Below, in pieces: positions 51,104-64,000 of a stretch of DNA of 64,000 nucleotides. Every line of letters begins with the position of its first letter. The stretch's first letter is position 1. The stretch covers positions 307,286-371,285 of the forward strand of contig NW_018404269.1 of the NCBI RefSeq assembly GCF_002113885.1, in the 5' to 3' direction. The DNA is from Mizuhopecten yessoensis. Lineage: Eukaryota. A model generated the notes under the pieces. The model made no database searches and was not told the DNA's origin. It saw only the letters and a program-made list of their open reading frames with translations. The translations under genes were made by a program, and so were the position numbers.

Positions 51104-54100
51104 ATATGAAAAGTGAAATAGATACATACTATGTTTGTGTATCTATTTCAATACTAGCCTCTAAGACTTGTAAGTAATTGGAAACCTGTGTGTTAATTAA
51201 GTATGATATCATGTACAGCTGATATATTTCATGTTGTCTAAATTAAAACATGCATACACACTGCTTACCAGAGAACAATGATATATGTAAGGTGTGTGAT
51301 ATAATGAAACAATGTATATAAATCAAGACAAATCCAATTCAGTCTACACATTGAGCCTGTTCTTCCTGCTCCGAGGTTGCCTACTAGAGTATGCTGGATA
51401 ACAAAATGTCTTGTTATACCACATTATCATAAGGAAATCATATATAATGTAGGTTGGATAGATCCACTTTCATTGTGTCTCACAAGAGAAATAAAAAAAA
51501 TCTAGCCTCTAGACTTGTTAGTAATTGGAAACCTGTGTGTTAAGGAATCTCTGGTTATGAATGGTGCAAGTACTCACTGATATGGTGCAAATGTGAGTAC
51601 AGTTGTGTCACCTAGTCTAGATCTAGTGCTATTGCTTTTTTGCTACTTTCCTGTTTTCAGGTTTAAGCTTATAACCGTGTTGCTGAAATCTGAATAGAGT
51701 GGCATTACTATTTTTCATGTGTTCATTCCCCTAGTGATTTAAGGTCAGATTTATATTAATTTAGCATACGTTTTGTAATAGTTGTACATGTAGCTAATGT
51801 AAATGGTGCTTTAGTCAGAAAGTGAAATTTGGTTTGAGCAGAGAGAGATGTTTGTGAAAAGAAATTATCTGTTACTGTATGATTTCGTATTTAAAAAAAA
51901 GTGATGCATATTTCTTTCTTCCAACAAATAAGGAATCGTGTTGTTTATAATGATCTTAATTTGTTTCCTTTTTTACAGCTATCTGATTACTGTGATATGA
52001 ACATTCTCCATTTTTTACTTATATATTTATGAGGATAAAGTTTGGTAATTTTGCTGAGTATAAAGTACCAGATGTTTATTGTGTTGTATATCTGAAAGAG
52101 TGAACGTGATATTTTCCTTTTGGTTATAAGCAATATATGTATTAGTTTATGATGAAATTAAAAATATCACTTGAAAATAAGTTATTCCTTTTGAGGGCAT
52201 TTGGTAGGGTGAATACTTCGTGATAATAGTTAACAGGAATATAATCACATGGCCAGGACTGTTACTTAATACATACTTGTAATGTAATGCTTTATAGCAT
52301 TTGGAATGGTGAAAACCTCGTGGTAACAGATAAGGGCTATAATCACTTGGTCGGGATTGTAAATTGATACATAATATATTATATTTTATTGAATGAAGAT
52401 ACAATCAATCCTGGGCTTCATTATACTGTGACTTAAATCACACAGATGTGTGCAGTTTGGGATTTTTCCAAGCAATATTTCAGTCAAACAGGTGAAGTTA
52501 AAAAAGGTATACATCTACAATACCATTTAATTAAATAGTGTGGTGGTTTTGTTTATGTCATTATTGGTCATAAAATTCGGTCTCGAATTTGTCATTAATT
52601 ATCCATGTGATGTGCTGATTTATTTTAGTATTATTTGACCCTGCCTGGTTTGAAGAAATTTTTCCAAGGCTTATATTTATTTGTTGCAATATTGTATATT
52701 ACACTCGTTTGAGCTGAAAGATTTCTGAGACTGTAGTAACTCCGTAATAACATTCATTTTTCCAAACGTAACGATATACATGTACTGCTATCTTCCTACC
52801 ACCTCTATGACTATAGGAAATAATGAGAAACGAAAATATCAATATACTACAAAACGATATTATTTTCAATTGTAATAGTAACATTCCTGATTTCTTTATA
52901 AATTCTTTAATTTCAGCAGTGAATGAGTTAATATTGACAAGGAAACTCATTGTCGAACAGTCCTTATTTAAAAATATATGAAACATGTAATTTCTCATAT
53001 AGATATATAATTATTATGCATATTTGCTGATAAAATTCTTTTTACATCTATCTTGTGTTAAACTTAATTGTAAAAAACATACTTACATTATTTTCATATC
53101 GTCCTTTTGCATAATTGTCTAAAGATATACACTGTACTTGGCTATTGGAAACCTGGCCACAGTTTCACTTCAAATTCCTTAACATTTATATATTGCTGTC
53201 AGTTGGAAAGTCTTAATCAGGGAACTTCCGTATGATAAGAAACGTTTATGAAACTGAAGCTAGAATTGAAAATCTGTCTTAGCTAGATATATGTAAATTA
53301 ATTAATTAAATATTTTTTTTATTATTCATAAGTTAAACAGTCTTAGTTATTTAAAGCAATGATAATAAATATCAATGGTATCACTATGAGAGAGTGTATA
53401 TTTTCATTGTGTATGAAAGAGATATATTTGAAGAGCATTTGACCTCCCATGCTTGAGTGATATCCTTAATGATTCGTATTAATAACGTACAACTCGGCCT
53501 AGCCGTTCTACATTTACATTTTTAAAAATAGTATCAATGCTGTATTTAAAATCATTTATATGATTGTGAATTGCAACTCTGTATCAGTTAACATGTATCA
53601 GTTAACATGCAGGATAAAGTTGCATTTTATGCAAATTTCGTTATGACCATCTCGAAAATGAATCGAAAATTATGGGTTTCAATATTTATATGTAAGTATA
53701 GGACAATATTAAATGATACAGCGATGTTGTTTAAGTAGAATGAATAATAGGGCGAGTTTTGATGGAATTGTGTAACACCACTTTATTGAGTCGTAATGGA
53801 TGAAATCTAGTTGTAGTAATTTTTGCCGGGTTATACTGAATAAAAGTGGTACATGTACACGATATTTTCACACCGTTTTTATTGTTTTATTTAAGCATCC
53901 TTAGGGTTTTACGTGAACTAACTAGCAAATTCCTTGGTTGTGTACAAATTGTTTTAAGTGAAAATAACAGCGGTAAAATTGGACGTGAAGATGGATTATT
54001 CAATCACTAAAAGAATGCAAACATTTTGCACACAATTTCATATTATTTTTATTTTTTTACCAAAATAGAAATATGGATTATTTGATCTGACTACCAATAA

Positions 54101-54779
54101 GCAAACGTTATGATAAATTTAAAGACTCCAATATCACGATCGCTACTTTACCTGTCCTCAGTATTAACATGCCTACAATGTATACGTACCAGCCTTCCCT
54201 GTTTACGGAGTGTAATTCATTCAGTGTATATCAAGATTAAACGTGGATACCGCATCTTTGGATGACAGTGGTTAAACCGTCTTCCATGACTTGACAGGAG
54301 ACACCATGGCAAGTGCTACGTAAACTGTTTATGGGGATTTGGTTATCTTCTCTGTTCAGGTTGTTGTCCTTTCGCATTTATTTTCAATTTCGGGCTTATG
54401 TATTGACTGTTTTAGATACTTTGGTGCGTTCTGGTGCCATTTGGATGTAATGACGCGTGGATTCTGCTGGGAACTTGTCAAGTTCAAGAAATATACAAAA
54501 CTCGATCCGTTTGGAGACATGGTAAATAGTATAGAGAAACAAGTGTGTGTTCACTATGTTTGAACCACACCATTTTCACCTCATCTGTGCACAGAAGCCA
54601 GCTTTTAGACTGAAAATTATTAATGATGTGGCCTAAATTCGACTCGTCTAGCTGTTCATTATCACGTACCGCATTAATAGCATTTTTTTTATTAACATCT
54701 GATTTTAATGAGATTGCTTTGACTTGGATCTGCATGTTTAGTCTGTAGTTGTGTCTGCAGACAAATTAAACCATCCAAC

Positions 54780-55560
54780 ATCTTAATTCGTGTTTGCAAA
54801 CACTATTACCTTACCTGCCGGTTTGCTAGGTTCATTTTAACCAAGAAAGCATTGCCTATACATTTTTCCACTTTTCGAAAGATGGAATACAAGTGAATCG
54901 TGCTTCTGTTTTCCAATATCTTCCGACAACCAGTTAACGATAAGGAAATGGACACGACTCATATTGTATTGGTTTCCAAAACTTCACAAGAATCCCTATA
55001 AAATACGTGTTATTACTGGCTTTACTAGTTGATAAACTAAGCATTTGTCTGAACCTAAAACTTAAGTTCATTGACGACGATATATTTGTTAAGTTCGATG
55101 GCAGGACTGTAGGCATTCCTATAGGGAAAACAACTCTACCTTGCTTCTGGCCGACTTGTTTTCGTCTTCATATGAGGCTGACTTTGTTGAATAGCTTATT
55201 AGGACTGGTAACAAAAGCATTGCCAATTTTTCTATTTACTTTCAAATACATGTATATCGAAGATGTGATATAATTAAATATCAAAAACAAATATTGACCG
55301 CGTCGATCGTGTATATCCTCCTGAGCTTGGAAATTGATGATACTATAAATAATCTCTTCTACTTCATTCGTTTTCCTCGATCTTAACTTACTTTAAGATC
55401 AACAGGAACGACTTACTACTGAGCTATAAAAGAGTGACGATTTCGATTTACGTCTGTTTCCACATCCTAAGGTATTTCCATGTCGCAATTGAATCGAGAT
55501 GCAGATTGATGAAGAATATGGACAACCGATACCACCACGATCTCAACGGGAAATATGCTG
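54780..55560 (+). mobile_element. Degenerate Penelope-like element reverse-transcriptase remnant
   Basis: Frameshifted motifs VCKHYY, YWFPKLHKNPYK, DIFVKF..VGIPIG, LADLF..YE, YIED (YIDD-like), IYPPEL, FLDL. Confidence 0.8.
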
Positions 55561-58500
55561 TTTCTTCGTATGCTATTAAAGTCGACGTTTTATCATGCCT
55601 TGTTCTTTTGTTGTCACTTTCCCGGTTCTTGTTTTTTGTTACTAAAGCTAGCCAAATGTAGTTAAAACTATTCTGGGTAAGCCCAGTATAATATGTCATT
55701 CTCTAAACTAACCTTCTCTTATTCATGTAACTGAAACCGAACGTTCTGTAGTTTATTTTATCACCGATTAGCTTATTGTGGTTTATACTCTTCAAGACTA
55801 GCATAACAATTTATGTCACTCGAGGTTGGCATTTGCTGTAATCTACCAAACGTTGTTGTCATCGATGTTTTAATAATCTAACTATATCCTTTCGTTAAAA
55901 AGTCAAAACACGTTTCTTAAGAATATTTTAGTCAAAAAGTCGTTAAGAAATCATTGTAAGCGGCCTTTTGTAATTGAGATGTGCTTCGTACATGTTGATT
56001 GCTCTTTGAATGTTCATCAAATTAACATTGTTACCTGCATAACTGAAAACATTTCACTTTTTGTTTTGATAAACAGAACACTCGATCCCCGTGCTCAAAA
56101 CGAATGAAGTCATTTTCTCGCTGGTTGGTCTAATTTGCGTCATTATTAATGTTGCCCTGAGGATGACAGGAAATCCACTTTCTCGTCGACCTGTATACGT
56201 ACCTGAAGAATGTTGAATGTCGTATCCAACAGGCAGGATGTCAGCAATGTTGCTACAGAATAGATTAACCAGTTTCAGTTACTGCCAAACTCTACATAAT
56301 TTTAAGCTTGAAAATCGTTAATTTAAGTTGCCTCGGGTTTTACAGAACGACAGTTAAGTATAACTAATTAAGAGAAGACGGCCTTTTGACATTGTCTTCA
56401 CGCAGTGATAATGGATTAACTTTCACACGATATTCACTGCTGTTTTGGGCCTGGTGGTGTGGCCTATTGTACAAGTATTTACGCGATGTTGTAGTACTGC
56501 CATCACGACTGACTCGATGCTGGTTTGATTAGAGGCCATGCTGGCAAACCAATTGTACCAAGTGGCTTAGATTCGCACAGTATCCTTTGACACACGAAAA
56601 CACACGTCTATAATAAGGCTACACAGGGTACTGGCTTGGTTGATTATCCCTGTCACAGTTAGGTTTATGTGTAATTAGAACACGTTTTTGAATGTAACTG
56701 CACTACGGTGTATTTCAGTCTCCACAGTCCTTTGTGACAAATTTGGACATAATGTAGGCACGACCATAAACCTCAAATACTTTCTAAAATGTGACAAATT
56801 ATAACAACTACCCCATTAAACACTTCGCAATTTGACCAGTGAAACAGTAATGTAATACAAATTGAATGGGATTGAATGGGATATGGAAAGATGAAAGGAT
56901 CTTCTTTTTATGAGTTGTACATAAATTCGAGTACAGAGAAAATTACGGCATGAAGACATGCCTATCTGTAATGGACGGATTTGTCGCAGTAGTCAATTTA
57001 TCAACACGACGGTAAACATATTACACATTTTCGTCGAACACACTATACGCGCTTAACAATTGCAAATTGCCCAAATAATTTCAACGTTTAATTTAAAAGC
57101 TTACTGGTAATCCTAAATTGAAATAGATTTGTAATCGTACGCATGGTTTGTTGTATTGACACTTTGTATATCATTTACATGGTTTGTGTTATTTACGTTT
57201 TGTAATCGTACACAGTGCAAGGTTGTCATCTTGTAGTTTAACCCTCTAGTTTAATAATTGCTATTTCTCAAACCGTTCTTAAATTTGCTTTGTAGGTTTC
57301 TCTTGGCCCCAAGTTTTATGTTGATACTAATAAGAAATATTGAATGACTGGCAGGTTTCCATCTTGGATTCGGCAGTAATTTTGTAATTGCTGTTCCTCA
57401 AAAAGAACTGGATGGGTCAGTCTCAAATTCCATATATAGGAGGGAGGGGCTTGGGTTTGAAATGTGCCTGCTTTATTCTATTTTGCCAAAAGCTTTAAAG
57501 GTTATTATTCTAATGTATTATAAATTGAAATACAGACTTTTTTATATTTTTTATTGAAAATATTATACTACGTTATGATCAGAAGTCACGCACAACATGA
57601 TGCAATTACAAGTGACTTGACAATCAATCGAACAGAAAAGAATACAGTGTGAAGAATGGAAAAGGTCAAATTTATATTAATCGAATACAGTTTTTACAAT
57701 CGTAGGCGCCAATATCCTAAGGCCAGAATCTCTCTGCGGACTAATCTTCCCTGACAACACTGGTATATGTATGCTCTATTTTAATTAAACTTTGCCAATC
57801 GTTGCCATACATGCACGCATGGACGAGGTAATGTCCTAATACATAAATACCTGCACTGTAATAACATAGTACGGTGCCAAATATAGAAATAAATGCCTAC
57901 GTTATTTTAAACTTTGTATTGATCCCAAAGGACATACGAACTATGTCTTTATACACTACTAAAGTTAGATGAATTACCATAATACACCGTTTAACCGTTT
58001 AAATCAGTTCTTAGTGTGTTAAAGGTAGACCAGACATCAACAAACTAGGCCAAATAAATCATTGCATTGTTTATCGTCGGATCTTTACAAATGTATGTGA
58101 TTTAGGTTAACCAAACGATTAACCTGACAGTTGACTTCCACTAAACCAAACTACAACAAAGAAATGATTCTATTGTTTATCGTCGGATCGTTGTGTGTTT
58201 TGGGTTAACCAAAACATTAACGTAGCATTTCAATTCCACTTAACCGAACAAATGGAAGACCAGCCATACAAATGAATTTATTAATGTCTGATCAACAAAT
58301 GTTTGTGTGTGTAAGGGAGATAACCTGTGATTTCCAACAAATCAGTGACAACAGACTCAGCATATCCGGAAGCCCAAACAAATTAACTGTTAAACACATG
58401 TTCTTTGTGTGTTCGATGTAACATTGTCACCGGCTCGATCAGTAGCTTTTACCACATTCAAGGAAAAAATCTGGCAAATCGAATTCCTCAACTGAATACA

Positions 58501-58599
58501 CAACATATGATATTTGCTCCTTTTATATAGATTGATATATTGAGCTTACTCGATCGTAACATCTGCATACCATACAAGAGTTATTGGAAATATTTTTTA

Positions 58600-58965
58600 G
58601 TGATAATATATCATATTCTTAATATATGATATATTTTATATACGATGTATATAACATATGTTATACTTAATATACGATGAATAAGTATGACATACGTTTA
58701 ATTTATATACGATATATAAATATAATTTATGATATACATAATATACGGTACGTATATATATAACATGAATATATACTGTATAAAATGTATTTGTATATCA
58801 CCTATAATATACTTGATATACGAAGTATATTGCCTATTATATACGATGTATATAACATATATATGATATACTTAATATACGATGTATATATATATAGCAC
58901 ATGGTATATGTAATACTATGTGTATATATATACATCTGTTCGTATATATATGTATGATATGCGAT
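58600..58965. repeat. TA-rich low-complexity/minisatellite (ATATACGATGTATATAAC-like)
   Basis: Repeated atatacgat motifs in >80% AT sequence. Confidence 0.75.
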
Positions 58966-59615
58966 CGATAAGATACCAAGAGAGGAGTTATCTGCTTAAC
59001 GTACAATGCTACCTTTCTTTCGGTGTTTACCGATAACACTCTCGTGGTTGACATAGTGCTAGCGCTGTTAGGACTATACATATCATTTGTATAACTATTT
59101 GTTTTAAAGACAGACGACACACATTTAAATTACCCCTGCCTTTTATAGTCGTAACTGATCCAAGGTGACCATACAAAACACAAAAATTGATCGCGGGGGA
59201 GGAGTCTGTAGCTTAAGAAAACAATTCAACTGAATAATTATAATCTCAACACTATGTTTGTATAGGTCTACTGACAGCTCTCTATTAAATGGTCGTGTTC
59301 TTTTGACAGATATGGGTAGGCGCCATTCTTGTGGGGCTTAACAAAGCGTGACTCGATTGAATTATAATGGACTATATGATTGACGTCACTGTAGATATGT
59401 GTTTAAGGTTCAATACTTTGTAACTATTCAATGACATGGTAGGTTCACGGCCTTCGTTTACAAAATATGATTTATTTATAAATGTTAGTATATATGTTAG
59501 TATATATATACAGAGTTCTTCGTGACATGCCAACACCAGACAGACTGACAATGCATGGATCTGCATAGATAGGTCGGTACCAATATGCTGAAGACGCTTC
59601 TGCCATTGTATCAAT

Positions 59616-60128
59616 ATGGCTGAACTAATAGACTTGGATATATGTTCTAGCCCACAAGGGGAGGTTGTCAAGGTAACCAGTAATCCCCGGGCAAACTTAA
59701 TGTTTTATATACACTGTATAAGTAACGTTTTGGATTTGAGTGAACATCCTGCCAACATAAAAAAATTAAGGGATTACAGAAACTTTCATCTACTCACCGA
59801 CGATGAAATCGACGACCTTCTGATTATTTCAGTGCAATTTTACCCAGCAGTTCTTATAGACAAGTGTATCATTTTAAATGATGATAAGTGTGGAAAGTAT
59901 GAGAATAGATACGTGGCCCTGGCGGATGCTCACATGGACTACCCAGTGGTGGAGAGTATGACCATTGGTGGAGAGGAGTACCAGGTGATGCGTGCCATGT
60001 ACTTCACAGTATCTTTCGCCGAGGAGTACTATTACATACCCATGTCTCATTTTAATTCTAGACTCGACATACTGAAATCGTCCGCACAGCGTTATAGCGA
60101 CAACGGCACGTGTTGTACGATTCTTTGA
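59616..60128 (+). CDS. Uncharacterised intronless 170-aa protein with C-terminal CaaX-like motif (CCTIL)
   Basis: 513-nt open frame from an ATG in good context (AATATGG) within very AT-rich DNA; non-repetitive, globular-looking composition; C-terminus GTCCTIL*. Family not recognised. Confidence 0.7.
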   Translation: MAELIDLDICSSPQGEVVKVTSNPRANLMFYIHCISNVLDLSEHPANIKKLRDYRNFHLLTDDEIDDLLIISVQFYPAVLIDKCIILNDDKCGKYENRYVALADAHMDYPVVESMTIGGEEYQVMRAMYFTVSFAEEYYYIPMSHFNSRLDILKSSAQRYSDNGTCCTIL

Positions 60129-63100
60129 AGTCACAGACTACATAGTGCTTTTCTGTCTCAAACTTCATACTTTCACCTAGAAGCGTAATGTGATTCACGA
60201 AGCCGTAATGTGAGTTTATTTAGGTACATTTTGATAATTACACATGTGTTTAAATTAACTTGTAAGATGATTTACACTCAGGTTGCTTTATCAACCACAC
60301 CTATGAGATTGCTATGGAACTTTTTGTTGTAGTTGAGTCTTAAATCCTGAATGGATCATATTGAAATTACCACACTACGAGACTTAGCTCTTACATGTGC
60401 AATCAATGTGATTTCCCTAATGTCAATGGGAAAATTCTACGAGGACAAATAGACAGCTATATTTATAATTCTGATTTGTTTAATCTGTTAAACCATGTTT
60501 GTGAAAGACAATCTCAGCAATCCTTGCATTAAAGAAACACGACAGAGAATAACAACTTCACCAAAGAAACGGTAAAGTCAATATCAACGCATTAGAGGGA
60601 ATGAACAATTCAACATGGACATTTAAAAGCTTATTTGGGCAAAACACCAACAGCACAGAATGACGGTGGTTTATAGGGTGTATTAATGAGTATACACGCC
60701 ACCATTTACATCTACATACAACTTAGGTTTAAAATCACATGTATACATTGACCTACGGAACAGACTGGTGTTATCGAGAACTTGTTTTAATAAAAAAAAA
60801 AGGAACACACATCTTGTGTTAACAGCTAATAAAAGGATAGTAAATAGAATTTCGTATTACACTGGATCTCATATTCTCTCAGAATGCAGAAAATCTAAGC
60901 ATGAAATACAACTAGTATCGACTTTCGAAAGGACCATTATTTCTAGTGAACTTGTAGTGGATGACATGTTATGGTTACCTGTATATGCGAATATGCTATT
61001 CTTTCTTGGTTATCGTATCACATGATTAAGTCGACTTTTAAAGTAATTATGTTTACGATAATGTTAAAGCTACGTAAGATATTTTTGTTTTAAGATATAT
61101 TTTATTTGTGTTAACTTATTAATTTATGTATGATATAAAGACAATATTAAATGACAAATGTGATTGTAGAAGTACATTACTGTTACCTTTTTATTATAAG
61201 CGTAACGGACATCCTGAAAATGAAACTAGCATTTGAAATCTGTCCAGGTATTTCCTCGCTCTATTCAGGTTGTAATGATCTCCCAGTTATACACTACAAC
61301 TATCATCCGATCCACAACTTTGTAACTATGAATTGAGTGCTTTAGTTTTATGTTTGTATTTTGTATAGATTGTTTTCTAATACGAATAACAAAACACAAA
61401 ATGTCGTCAAAGATGTAATTTATTAATACAGTATATGTTTGTCAAAATAGAAATATGAAACTGTTTAGCATTTCATCTAAAATATGTGGCTCTTAACAAT
61501 CTACCGACATTTTCTAATCAGAGATTTAAGAAAAAAACTTTCATTTTGCTTAAATGAAAAAATTGATCTAGTCATCCTTATACTTTTTTTCATGGAAAAG
61601 CCTTTTGTTGTTGTGGTTCGATAATCGGGAGTTCGGTGCCTATGTAGGAATAGTATTATATTTAGCCTTTATTGTTTTCGATATAACAATATTGATACTG
61701 CTTCTGTATCATTTTCCAAATTGTCCATAGACTGAACAACTTGTCCTTGTAGATCACTCTGGTTGGTGATGTAACCTTTTGTCTGTAAACGACAGGTGTC
61801 TGGATTACAAATGTCACAGTAACATAGTTATGTATACAGCTACATCATTAGACATGCATGTGCACTTGACGATTTCCCAATGAGTTTTCAACAGAACTGA
61901 CAATCAAAACCTTATTTTATCGTTACGATCGTTACAGAAAAAAAACGTCTTATAAAACTAATGTTTGACAAATCATTGCCATTCATCTACGACTAGACAC
62001 AATAGACGAAGTATCCGAATAAAGCCTACCAAAATCAAATACTAGGAACGAAATATCTAATCGACTTTTATTAAAAAAAAAAAGATTTCTAATTCAATCT
62101 GAATTTAGAGTGTCTGAAATGCTCATTGGCACAAATTTACACTAGCAATTTGTCTATTCCGTGTTTTTTTTATGGTGATAGTTGTATAATAAACTGTCCG
62201 TTGTGAGCTTACAATGAGATAGGATTAAAAGAATTTTCATGCAACAGTTCCTCAACAGCCGATAGATGGATAAGTTCAGATAACAACAGTAGAAATAGTT
62301 CAAGCTCAAAAATTAGAAATTTGTTAAACGAGGAATATGTTTTTTAGGGCAAAAAAGTGTCAACTCAGATCATAGAAATACTAATATTCATTGGATCTAT
62401 CAATATCTGACGTTTCTCCGGGTCACACGTTTGTATGAAAGTTCCAATCTAAATTTTATCTTTGATAAAGCCATAAATGAATAAAACTCACCTTTGCATT
62501 TTCATTCAATAAAGCAAACCATGGTCTGGTGTCCTCACCTTATAACTTACTTTCAACAGCGTTCCAGCTTACTCAGTTATGTTGGTAATAAGCCTTGATT
62601 AATTACAAAATAACTTTCCTGTTACATTTTCATTTGAAACACTAAACAAGGCTGATGAAGCCAGAATTCCACTGATCCTTGTTTTGGTAAATATAACTAC
62701 CTTTTTTACATTCGAATACTTTGCCATTGAATCCAGTCGTAACAACGATGAAACGTGATCAGGACACTCACCATAGATACGTTTCTTATTTAAGATAATA
62801 TTGATTGATATTAAGGTTAATGGTAAGTTGTTGATGAATATGAGATTTTTACCTTGCTCTGCTTATAATATTGGTACTCTATATATCGTGTACTTGGTTT
62901 ATTTAAGTTCATGTAGGAATTAAAAGTCAGCTTGTTTGGTCATTTTCCAATAATAATCAGTCACATAACTGTAAATTGCTTCTAATTTGGGACATACGTG
63001 GTGACATAGTTGGTATAAAACCATACGTCAAAGATAATGTATGATATATTATCAACTTATTCTTCAATCATAAAAATGTATGTTTGATTGGATTACTCTA

Positions 63101-64000
63101 GTCATTATGCAGAATCTCCAGCAGATGGACCGTGACTATGTGATAAAGAAAATCTATTTGAATACATGATGTTCATTGATAAGAAATGATATACACTTAA
63201 GATTGTCGTTATTATATATGTAAAGATAACATTAATATATGTAAACAGTCTTAACCTGTATGAGATGTCAGAAGTTGTAATGTACTGTAAATGTTCCGGA
63301 CATACAGCTAATTACCATATAATATTATGTTATGACACTTGTCAAATGGGATGCTAAGATTGTGTTTTAAATTAAAATAAATGACTTCGTTGGTACATAT
63401 TGTACTAATGACAGAACCTTTGTCTTAAAAACAATTAACCGTATTTATTTTAATGAATATATACCCTTAATATAAAGGATGTTCACCCTTTATGCATTGT
63501 TATTTATGTGATTCGTGGGTTGTATATGTGTTTCGTGGGTTGCTATATGCATCCACGCTCAAAGATATTTACCCGAAGACGTCAGTTGTGAAAGATCTAT
63601 TGAATTTATTTCAACACCTTACACGCTAAGTTCCATTCTTACCTGTATAAATATTGAGTATATGAATACAGCCATTCTTTGCACTAGTTTCATCATTGTA
63701 AAAGTATTGATGTTATGAATAAATCCAAGAAGTTTGTCTGTGTATGTTTAATTTGAAAAGAAAGTTATAGAATTCCTTCCCTGAATAAATGTGTGGTAAT
63801 CAATATATGTACAATAGATTCTAATTACACGTGGTTTATTAATAAATTCTTTTCATAACAGCGATATTAATCTATAGTGTTCACTACAGGAGTATGTCAC
63901 CATGACAAAAAGCTCAATTAAGTTCGCCTGACCTATTATTATAACCCGAATTGTACACGTGAGAATCTCGAAATTAGAATTTACATTTTAATACAAATAA

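Noticed and set aside
60200-64000. Short ORFs at the right end of the window
   Set aside because: AT-rich, low coding-like composition, no motifs or consistent exon chain.

Overview
AT-rich, intron-rich eukaryotic DNA from a draft assembly (single Ns at 1578, 7095, 21140, 50840; N-gap 35254-35381). The repeat types suggest a marine invertebrate, probably a bivalve mollusc (inference). Two complete spliced genes lie head-to-head about 5 kb apart, and I traced every exon through GT-AG junctions with consistent phase. One is a 6-exon flavin-containing monooxygenase (FMO5-like, 533 aa, minus strand, 22675->14446). The other is a 15-exon carnitine O-acetyltransferase (CRAT, 627 aa, plus strand, 27642->50134) with a mitochondrial-type N-terminus and a C-terminal SKL peroxisomal signal. 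An intronless 170-aa ORF that I cannot assign to a family (59616-60128) ends in a CaaX-like box. The rest is a mosaic of repeats: an internally deleted Gypsy-like LTR element between the genes, CR1/L2 and Penelope remnants, tRNA-derived SINEs, five Helentron-type (HINE) elements in CRAT introns, and many MITEs and hairpins. The most unusual observations are (i) a tandem array built from the CRAT exon-12 end plus its splice donor, (ii) a displaced partial copy of FMO exon 4 inside FMO intron 1 that keeps its acceptor, (iii) a young, near-perfect 124-bp palindrome with a 9-bp target-site duplication just upstream of FMO, and (iv) the orphan CaaX ORF. I cannot claim a demonstrably new multi-gene system from sequence alone.
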